NCBI RefSeq assembly: GCF_001194135.2
Contig: NC_068985.1
Location: 73,999,680-74,032,014 of the forward strand
Reading direction: 5' to 3'
Length of the DNA: 32,335 nt
DNA from: Octopus bimaculoides
Lineage: Eukaryota
Shown: piece by piece, positions 22,872 through 32,335 of the stretch
Numbering within the stretch: position 1 is the stretch's first letter
How the letters are laid out: each line of letters begins with the position of its first letter
Notes under the pieces: model-generated
Told to the model about the DNA's origin: nothing
Databases searched by the model: none
Seen by the model: the letters and a program-made list of their open reading frames with translations, nothing else
Position numbers and translations under genes: made by a program

Positions 22872-25149
22872 ATAAGCAAATGGAAGGCATCCAGGAAGGA
22901 CAAGGTCTTTAACTTCTGGTCAAAATACCTAACAGGAAAACATAAAAATCTGCCTGAAAGGTTTAATGAAATATTAGCAGAACCAGAGACAATGCCTGAA
23001 TTGCTCACGGAAGGGAAAATTATCCTAATTCCCAAATCCACTGAAACGGTAAACCCACAAACTTACAGACTGAAAACTTGTCTCCCTACAATTTACAAAC
23101 CCTTTACTGCAATAATATCGCAGAAAGTGAGCAAAATTCTGGAAGAAAACAACCTGTTCCCAGAAGATCAGACGGGATGCTGCAAGGGCTCATACGGCTG
23201 TAAAGATCACCTTCTGATCAATAAATCCATAACTGAAGACAGCCGCAGAAATAAGGGTCTAAGTATGGCCTGGATCGATTACTGAAAGGCTTAGCCATGA
23301 ACAAGGTAGCACCAATTACTATAACATATATAAAACAGTCAATGTTTAAATGCCAGACAGTGCTACAGCTCACGGTAAGTGTAGGGACTCCTAAAGACTA
23401 ATACCTTCCCCATTAGAAAGGGAGTATTCCAGGGAGACACGCTCTCTATACTACTTTTCCGCTCGGTACTGACACCTTTATCTGACATGCAAAAGTGAAT
23501 TGGATGTGGATACAACTGTTACGGCAAAATAATCAGCCATCTCTTATATACGGATGATCTAAAACTGTACCCAACAAATGATATACAGCTGGAAACATTA
23601 TTACAGGCAGTATATGTATGGATTTACAAAAGAAATAAACATGAAGTCTGGCTTAGAAAAATGTGCGAAAGCAACCTTAAAAAGAGGGAAACTAGTTAAA
23701 ACTAGCAACAGTACACTAGATAACGCAAAGAAAATAAGAGAATTAGACGAAAGAAGGACACAAATACCTAGGAATTAATGAACTAGATACGATACAACAC
23801 ACAAAAATAAAAGAGAGGATAAGAAAAGAAAAATATAGGCAAGTTAGATTAATACTGAAAACAGAGCTCAATGCAGAAACAATATAATAATTATCACACT
23901 CTAGCCGTCCCACTTATAAGTTATAACTACAATATTCTAACTGAACTCTAAATGAACTAATCCAAATAGACACGAAAACAAGTAAAATAGGGACAGGATT
24001 AAGGATGCACCACACAAAATCTGATATAGAAAGGTTATATATACATCGTATCGAAGGTGGTAGAGGCCTTATACAGCTAGAAAACTATTACAAAATAACC
24101 ACCATAGGACTACAGAAATACCTACTTCAGAAGCAAGGAAAAGTAATACAAATAGCCACAAAACACGAGCAAAGTAAAAATGCTTTCAGTCTTTATGGAA
24201 GGCAAGAAATTCAAAAAATAAGTCATAGCACCTAACAACTAGGAAGAAAAATAAAAAAACAACAAAAATTGTGAAACAACTGAAATCCACGCTAAAAGTG
24301 GAACCGCAACAGACCATGATAAAGCGACGACAAGAAAAGCCCCTTCTTGGAAAATACTGGGTTAACCTAAAGAGAAAATTAATAGACAATGCAATATCTC
24401 AACAATGGATTAGAAGCTCAAGAATCAAAGCAGAGATTGAAGGACTTTTAATTGCAGCACAAGTAATGAGAAGATATTACAAGTAAGTTCAGAATATGTG
24501 GAGATGGTGAAGAAACAATAAATTATATTGTCTCTGGCCGCCCAGTCCTGGTTAAGAAGGAATATATTCACAGACACACGAGAGTTGAGACCTATATAAA
24601 CTGGAAGCTATTCCATTACTATGGAATAACAACAGAAAAAAAGATGGTATGCTCACACACAAGAAAAGGTCACATAAAATGAGAAAGCAACCAAACTCTC
24701 GGATATTCCTATGCACACAGATAGAGAAATTAAGTCCAATACACCAGAAGTAGTTGTCAGAGATCACCAAGAAAAAATGCTCTCTAATCGATGTATCAAT
24801 ACGAACCGATGACAATGTTTATCTCAAAGAAACAGAGAAACTTTCAAAATACAAAGATCTGGAAATAGAGCAACTCCAATGTTGAGTGTAAGAAAGACAA
24901 GAAATTCCTATCACAGTAGGCGCATTAGGTATGATAAAAAATATTCAGACAAATACATAACAAAAACACCAGGACTAACAAGTATACATAACATACTGGA
25001 AAAACACCTCTACATAGCGCACACATCCTGCGTAAAACACTTTGAATGCAATAAAAATAAGTGCATCATAAGAAACCACAGCACATACCCAAGGCACAAG
25101 GAGCTGCGCTCGGTAACGCAGTGAAAGCGCGGGTTAAAAATTACACTAG

Positions 25150-25151
<2 letters not shown>
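22872..25151 (+). mobile_element. R4/Dong-like RLE-type non-LTR retrotransposon, 5'-truncated, decayed
   Basis: KWKASRKDKVFNFWSKYL...LLTEGKIILIPKS...YRLKTCLPTIYK...EDQTGCCKGSYGCKDHLLINK...LSMAWIDY; GVFQGDTLS; HLLYTDDLKLY; RLYIHRIEGGRGL; AEIEGLLIAAQ; RICGDGEETINYIVSG...RH (CCHC-derived); NTPEVVVRD (PD..D nuclease); EKLSKYKDLEIE. 3' UTR ends in (TAA)n. Confidence 0.92.
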
Positions 25152-25216
<65 letters not shown>

Positions 25217-25237
25217 TAATAATGATAATAATGATAA
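25152..25237. repeat. (TAA)n/(TGA) array
   Basis: Directly visible; forms the 3' tail or target of the Dong-like copy. Confidence 0.95.
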
Positions 25238-25795
25238 TATGCTCTGATGCAGTACCAGGTAGTGGCTCTCATGGCTTCTGATCTTCACTGATCGGAAGTT
25301 TTATCATGTACATTGTTTTGTCTTGGTATAAATGATGAGTTACAGCAAATATTCTGCTCAATACCAAAGGTTTACTTCTCAGTTGTTTGAACTTAAACAG
25401 TTGAGTGTGTTCCTTGGTAGCTGACGATATGTGCATGTCTGATCACGAGCAGAAGCAGTGGGGGAGCAACAAAGCCATGTTTTGAGAGGAATTCTTTGGG
25501 GTTTGGATAATTGACATTTGGAAGCATGAGTGTTTTGTTCATCATCCTTAAACAACCCTTATTCAGAGACTTTTTGAGCGGGATGGTCTTCTTGACCTGA
25601 AGCAAATTCTCACTGGGCTCCACTTGCAAGGTCACGCGCTCTTTTATCTTGAAATGAGATCGCTCTGACGCGCACATATGGTTGTCAGGATTGTGTCTGG
25701 TGTAGCCTATCAAACGGTTAGTCATGATAAATATACTGGCTTAGTATATTATACCCCAGCGTCCCTTTGATAGTATGCCCTGCTCTTTCACTCAA
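25238..25795. mobile_element. ~560-bp non-coding unit embedded in trinucleotide arrays (UTR piece or non-autonomous element)
   Basis: GC-richer island bounded by (TAA)n and (CAT/TTC/TTA)n, with hairpin AATATACT-ggctt-AGTATATT at 25730-25750 and no RT motifs. Classification is inference. Confidence 0.4.
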
Positions 25796-25867
25796 CGATG
25801 ATAGTAAATCATCATCATCATCACCACTATCATCATCATCATCCTCATCATCTTTCTTCTTCTTCTT

Positions 25868-25955
<88 letters not shown>

Positions 25956-25957
25956 TA

Positions 25958-27705
25958 TTTTGGGTAAGCCTAGGGCATTTGGTCGCGATATAGACAATGG
26001 TTTCAACCACTGTGTTGTAGATGCGGCACAACGGTGACACTTGCTTATTCCACAGGTTGACGCTCCCGTTCTGGGCCAGCGTTTGGTCCTGCGCTGCCAG
26101 TATAGTGCTATTGGTCTCTCTTTTTAGTGTCCCTTTTATCATCAAGTTCCACCTACTTTTCCCAGTAACTTCTGTTGTGGCTACACGGAATTTATTGTGT
26201 AGTTCCTTGTTGCGTAATTCTTCTTCATGTCATTTTTGTATTTCTTCCTTTGTTTTCCCCTTTTCTCTGCTCTCAATTCTCCCTCGTTCCTAACTGTCAC
26301 TGGCAAGGTTTCCTTAATTTAGACTAGGTATCTCATTAAGCTCTTGACTTCGATACTCACTCAGTCTTCCACACTTATCAGATCCCTTCCTCCATTTGCT
26401 CTAGGCGATCAGTGTTTGGACGTGGATAATGGGCCCCATGCATCTTTAGGAGCTTTCTTGACTTCCTGTCCATCTCCTTTAGCTCCTCCTCTGTCCACTT
26501 CAGGATTCCTGCGTCATGCGTTTCGACTGCGACTGCGCTTGAGTTTATTACCAAAATTATGTTTCTAGCATTCAGCTTTGAAGCTGAATGCCAGAATGCC
26601 ATTTTTCTCACTCACTACAGGTACATTCTTTTTGCCTTTTCCTCCATGTCGCAGTATTTGATTCCATCTGCCTGATGTATTCTCAGGCATTTGTAGTTGG
26701 ATTGAGGTTGAATTGCCTTTATCGTTTCACAACATGGCAACCATATATCTACTGTCCTGCCGAGCTTTCTTCTTCTCATCACCATGGTAGCACATTTTGG
26801 GAGTTCAAACTCCATCTTCATATCATTGGAAAAAATCTGAATAGACTGGGCTAAGCTGTCCAGTTCTGCCTCATTTTATGTGAATAGCTACAGATAGTGC
26901 ATGAATAGCAAGTGGTTCAATTTTCCTTTAACTCTTCCCAGAGCATACCTAAACTTTGTTCACTATAGTATTTCACGCAAGGGGATCATTCCTAGCAAGG
27001 GATCATTCTCACCCTTTCTGTTCATTGGGTGGCAGCCCACATTTTTCCAAGTATCTGAACAGTTCATCGGCCAAAGCACTTGGTACTAGTTTCCATATTA
27101 GCGTAAGGCATGTTACTGGTCTAAAGTTGGATGCAACATTTCCCTTTTCAGGATCCTTTGCACATAACGATATCTTTCCTTTTGTCGTCCAGCTGGGTAC
27201 TGCGCCTTCCTGCAAGCACTCATCTAGCGGTTGTGCTATTTTTTCATGGAGCCCTCTCAGCTTCCACATCCAATACCCTCGGACCCCATCCGCTCCTGTG
27301 CTCTTCCGATTTTGGAATTTTTGTAACTTCTTTTTTTATCATCTCTGTAGTTATCCTTATGTCTTTTTGGAATTCTATATTTCTTAACCAATCTTGCATT
27401 TCATGCAGCCACTCTGTTTCAGCATTATGCTCTACAGGTTTGTCCCCGATCCTTCTCCAGAGTGCCTTGTTTTTCCTCTGCATCTGCTATCATTGTTACG
27501 CGTATTTGTCATCTAGTTCCTGAAGCAGTTTCTTCTGATTTGCTTCAAACAACCTGTTTTGCCTGAAGTATCTTTTTCTATTGTTATATCTTTCCTGTTT
27601 TGTTTTGTTTGCTACTGCTCTTTGTTTCAATTTTTGCAATACCACATCATAAACTTTATCGCATATTCTATATGTTCTTTCCAGCAATTCTCCTTTTCTC
27701 AATCT

Positions 27706-27708
<3 letters not shown>
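25958..27708 (-). mobile_element. second R4/Dong-like family, internally deleted, truncated at both ends
   Basis: LQKLKQRAVANK..RYFRQNRLFEANQKK; LWRRIGDKPVEHNAETEWL; SWTTKGKISLCAKDPEKGNVASNFRPVTCL...NEQKG; KLNHLLFMHYL (degenerate MDDLKLF); MEFELPKCA; SKLNARNIILVINS.AV; ELKEMDRKSRKLLKMHGAHYPR; KGTLKRETNSTILAAQDQ...SPLCRIYNTVVETIVYIATKC. Confidence 0.9.
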
Positions 27709-27902
<194 letters not shown>

Positions 27903-28445
27903 ACACGCAACAGATTGGACTTAGAAAAGAAGAATTCCTAACATGTGGCTACAACAAGTAATCTTAGATGCCAAGAACCCTCCTAAGTATCCCAGCTGTC
28001 TCTCATAACACTGTTTTTCGGAGCTGTACTAAACTGGGTTTTATGCCTATTTCCTCTATCCATTTGTTCAAATATTTAGGGATAGATCTTAATGCAACTA
28101 TAACTACTGGGATACATTTTATCCGCACTTTCCATAGCCTCTCAAATTCGATGCCTAGGTCCTGGTACTTTACTCTTTTTCTATATCTCTCATAATTGCA
28201 ATTACTAGTACCAGTTGTACTTTCCTTATTGGTAATGCTATTTCTATATTTTCCTTTAGCTTCTTCTCTGGCTTGAGTTCTATCTCTTATGGTGTTCTTT
28301 CTCTTTCCTACAGCCTCGTCTTTCTTCCCCAGTTCTCTTGTGATCTCTTCCACCTCCAACTCTGATCTACTTTCTTCTCTTAGTACCATTAGCTTGATCT
28401 ACTAGCCACTGCTCAGTCATTTTAAACATAGCCTTCTCTACCCAA
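27903..28445 (-). mobile_element. R4/Dong-like 3' end fragment (RLE C-terminus + short 3' UTR)
   Basis: KRVKYQDLGIEFERLWKVRIKCIPVVIVALRSIPKYLNKWIEEIGIKPSLVQLRKTVL*ETAGILRRVLGI, then a ~60-nt UTR and a (TAA)/(TAG) tail on the minus strand. Confidence 0.85.
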
Positions 28446-28479
28446 AGTGTTAACATCCGTTTTCTATAGCCCCTTCTTC

Positions 28480-28511
<32 letters not shown>

Positions 28512-28553
28512 CTTCTTCTTCTTCTTCTTCTTCTTCTTCTTCTTCTTCTTCTT

Positions 28554-28623
<70 letters not shown>

Positions 28624-28984
28624 NNNNNNNNNNNNNNNNNNNNNNNNNNNNNNNNNNNNNNNNNNNNNNNNNNNNNNNNNNNNNNNNNNNNNNNNNNNNN
28701 NNNNNNNNNNNNNNNNNNNNNNNNNNNNNNNNNNNNNNNNNNNNNNNNNNNNNNNNNNNNNNNNNNNNNNNNNNNNNNNNNNNNNNNNNNNNNNNNNNNN
28801 NNNNNNNNNNNNNNNNNNNNNNNNNNNNNNNNNNNNNNNNNNNNNNNNNNNNNNNNNNNNNNNNNNNNNNNNNNTATATATGTATGTATAGGCATATGTA
28901 TAAACGTATATATGATGTATGGATATCAATGCATCAAGTAGGAAACTAAATTCCCGGAAACGAGATAAAGCCTACAACGTCGAT

Positions 28985-29495
28985 ACACAATTGTGATATC
29001 AGATAATAAAGTGCTTGTCTTGAAATCTTTCAGACGGGTCCGCCACACAGTCTCTTTTGCCACAGCCAAGCAGTGAAAGATTTGCTTTCTTTCTCTGTTA
29101 AGGGAAGGTGGTGCGTCAATCTTCACTATACATCCGGCACACAGCTGAATTCGTCTTACAATCGACAACAGCTGCACCACACTATCCCATAACTCTCTCA
29201 TGCACGCACACTAAATCATTGCATTTCGTCCCCCTGCAAGCATCTCAAGCAGGTTCGGCGGTTGGCACTTCCATGCCTGAAGAGCTTGTATCGAACAGGC
29301 AATGCCCCTCTGTAGCACTGCCAAGCCAAAAACTTTTGGAAATTGTCCATGATCTTCGACCCGATGAATCCTCTGAAAGAAATAACTCGTCGATGCCTAG
29401 ATTAAATTCTACGCCATCATCATTCATACCCTCAACTAGCCCCCGATAGAAAACTTGGGTTGTTTTCCTGCTAACTGTTTTGGGCTGCTGGTACA
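28985..29495 (-). mobile_element. second L1/Tx1-like ORF2 C-terminal fragment
   Basis: Minus strand 29351-29292 encodes MDNFQKFLAWQCYRGALPVR, nearly identical to MDNFQKFFAWHCYRGALPVW at ~1010-950. Downstream RIQLCAGCIVKIDAPPSLNRE..LAVAKE parallels WIRLSAESFVKNVPPPYFGRE..VAVAKE. Confidence 0.85.
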
Positions 29496-29544
29496 ATGCA
29501 GTGAGTGCCTGGAGACATTCTGAATAATAAAAGTAATAATAATA

Positions 29545-29791
29545 ATATTTTCTCCGATAGGCACAAGACCTTATATTTTGATATTATTTGTTGTTGTTGT
29601 TGTGGTGGTGGTGGTGGTGGGGGCTAGTCAATTGCATCAGACCTAGTCCTCAACTGGTACTTATTTTATCAACACCGAAAGGATGAATGGCAAAGTCGAC
29701 CCCGGCAGAATTTTACCCAGAGCGTTAAGATGGACGAAATACCGCGAAGTATTTCGACCAGTGTGCTAAAGATTTTGCCTGCTCGGTGCTT

Positions 29792-29792
<1 letters not shown>
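29545..29792 (-). mobile_element. SINE family B (tail type 2) with internal (CCA/CAA)n expansion
   Basis: Minus strand AAAGCACCGAGCAGGCAAAATCTTTAGCAC head, GGGGTCGACTTTGCCATTCATCCTTTCGGTGTTGATAAAATAAGTACCAG, tail GGTCTTGTGCCTATCGGAGAAAATATT. Confidence 0.85.
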
Positions 29793-29873
<81 letters not shown>

Positions 29874-29910
29874 NNNNNNNNNNTACTACTACTACTACTA
29901 CTACTACTAC

Positions 29911-29958
<48 letters not shown>

Positions 29959-29970
29959 TAACAATAATAA
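29793..29970. repeat. compound microsatellite (CTA)n-(ATA)n, duplicated across a 10-N gap
   Basis: Directly visible. Confidence 0.9.
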
Positions 29971-30589
29971 CGATGGATGATGATAAAAATATTTATTGGT
30001 ATATTTATATAGATATGTGCGTGTGTGTATTTGGGTGGCAGATGTGTATGTCATGTGTGTGTGAGTATGTGTATGCGTGTGTGTCTGTGTGTGCGCGCAC
30101 GATAAAACGATGCTGTGTGGGCTGATATTTCCTTTGACAGGATGCAGGCTATACGTACATAAATCATTCATTTATGTTTCCTCATCTGCATACTTAAAGA
30201 AGCGATGTCACATTGTTTCAATATCCATTACTGCTGTCCTGTAACATAAAATTCCCGTAGAGATACTCAGATGTGATTTGGAGGGACGTATAAGCGACAT
30301 GCAAAAGTAAAGAATCCGAATTCCGAAACACAACTAACATGTTAGCTTCTTTGGACATGAAAATTCTAACCGGCAACGCGAAGTATAAAATATTTCAGAA
30401 TGAAGTAATTACCGGTCTTTTTTATTGTTCATTGTCTCTGGTTATTTCGCTAAAGATGCTTAGAAAGAGCCAGGAAATACCGACAGCAAGATATATATAC
30501 ATATATATGTGAGTGTGCACGCACGCGCGCGCGTGTAAGATGTATACGTATACACAAACTCACACAAGCACACACGTACACATATATAC

Positions 30590-30708
<119 letters not shown>

Positions 30709-30717
30709 ATGTGTGTA

Positions 30718-30885
30718 TAGGCGCAGGCGACGCTGTGTGGTAAGAAGCTTGCTTACCAACTACATGGTTCCGGGTTCAGTCCTCTTGCGTAGCGCCTTGG
30801 GCAAGTGATTTCTACTGTAGCCTGGGGTTGACCAAAGCATTGTGAGTGGATTTGTTAGACGGAAACTGAAAGAAGCCCGTCGTAT
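30718..30885 (+). mobile_element. CORE-type tRNA-derived SINE head
   Basis: TAGGCGCAGGCGACGCTGTGTGGTAAG (A-box-like), GGTTCCGGGTTCAGTCC (B-box-like), GCGCCTTGGGCAAGTG (CORE-like), ending GAAGCCCGTCG(TA)n. Confidence 0.9.
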
Positions 30886-31000
30886 ATATATATTTATAAG
30901 TATTTATGTATGTATTACATATCTATGTATGTATGTATGTGAAAAATTATAAAGGCACGAGATTAAGAAATCATGTAACAAGTTTCAAATTTCCTTAACT

Positions 31001-31030
31001 TACACCTGTTTCAGGCTATAGCTTCATCCG
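31001..31030 (-). ncRNA. degenerate minimal hammerhead-like motif
   Basis: Minus strand CGGATGA-AGCTATAGCCT-GAAAC-AGGT-GTA: U4>G; helices II and III are each one change from palindromes AGGCTATAGCCT and ACAGCTGT. Confidence 0.4.
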
Positions 31031-31063
31031 ACTTTCTAGAGTGTTATTTTATTAGGGAAAGTG

Positions 31064-31133
<70 letters not shown>

Positions 31134-31957
31134 GATACATACATACAACAGGGCATTACTAGTGAAGGAAGCATAAACATATCAAGGAAATGAAGTCAAG
31201 TGTTTGAAGGGGTGAAGCCACTCTCCGAAGTCTATTAAGATAATATTCCATTTCAATATATGTATAAGGATAAATATATGAAGAACCTATATGAAAAGAA
31301 GTAAAAAATATCTCGTAAAAACAAATAGAAATATATTCGTGACACAATCCAAGGCAACGTGAGAAAGAGAAAAAGATAACAGGAAAAGAAATAAAAAAAG
31401 AAAATGGGATGAAGACTGAAAAAGCGTAGTAGAAAGCATTTATGAGGGTCGATAAACATTTTTCTATATAAGGATTCGAACCAGATTTACCAATTTACAG
31501 TTAGCAGACCAGAAATGGAGGATGGATTGGGAGGACATATTGCAGATAACAGCGTGTGTTTGTGTGTGTGTGTGGGGTGTAGAGGGAGAGAAAAGGGGAG
31601 AAATGAGGCAACACTAACTGATATATATCTCCTTATATATACATACATCTAGATTCACATACATGCATGTATAATTATACACATGCACAGGTACATACAC
31701 ACACAGATATATATATATATATATATATATAATGTATACGTACATTAGATATGTTCCTATATATACACAAATGTACTACATGAGTACCTATATCACTAAA
31801 AAAAGTTTGCAAAAGTTCGTTTTAAGTGACCAAGCACTATAGGAACAAGCGAAATTTGTAGAATTTATAAATAAATATAGGGATGATATTATTAAAATAC
31901 CATCATGTAGACATGCTGGGGGAGAATGTTAGTAGTAATTTAGCTGGCGGGCTTTCA

Positions 31958-32004
31958 CTGATGAGAAATCGGGCACCTATTTGGCGCTAATCTCGAAACC
32001 GGTA
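31958..32004 (+). ncRNA. hammerhead-like motif with perfect catalytic core
   Basis: CTGATGA-GAAATCGGGCACC(tattt)GGCGCTAATCTC-GAAAC-CG-GTA: G10.1-C11.1 closing pair, imperfect long helix II, palindromic helix III ACCGGT. Helix I not paired. Confidence 0.55.
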
Positions 32005-32294
32005 CCAGGTTGAGCAGCATTTACTTATTCTGACCCAGTACAAGTAAGATATTATTATTGTTCACTGATATTTTTTTCTATCATGTCTGTAACAGATTTG
32101 TGACGATTCGGTAGTACAGAAGTATTTGTTTACTTGTATTTTTTAACAATATAGGCACGCATGTAGTACCGTTGTGTGTATATATATATATATATATATG
32201 TACATATCTAATATGGTATGTATACATTTTATAAATTTGCGTGTACGGCTGATAATTCGCTTACCACTCGTGATGGTATTTTAATATCATCCCT

Positions 32295-32335
<41 letters not shown>

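Noticed and set aside
26956-27523. Plus-strand ORFs of 130-143 aa
   Set aside because: Antisense shadows of the minus-strand Dong-like RT.

Overview
AT-rich, gap-containing eukaryotic genomic DNA; I found no credible host gene. N-gaps lie at 3873-4169, 5729-6136, 7766-8216, 13911-14300, 22314-22658, 28624-28874 and 29874-29883. The extreme microsatellite load and the SINE types suggest a cephalopod (Octopus-like) draft assembly; this is inference, not a search result. The window is a decayed mobile-element landscape. It holds a nest of R4/Dong-like RLE-type LINE fragments embedded in (TAA)n compound arrays (22.9-28.4 kb), two L1/Tx1-like fragments, an RTE-type RT fragment, a decayed Penelope-like element (RT C-terminus plus GIY-YIG), two possible ancient hAT transposase relics, and about 10 tRNA-derived SINE copies from two modular families. 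The most notable unexplained signal is about 10 minimal type-I hammerhead-ribozyme-like motifs (CUGANGA...GAAAC-short, often palindromic helix III-GUH). Two have perfect catalytic cores, one sits directly behind the Penelope ORF, and two lie in a 332-bp partial-tandem plus inverted element resembling a retrozyme or PLE pseudo-LTR. Most ORF-track entries are microsatellite or gap artefacts. Element boundaries are approximate and read by eye.
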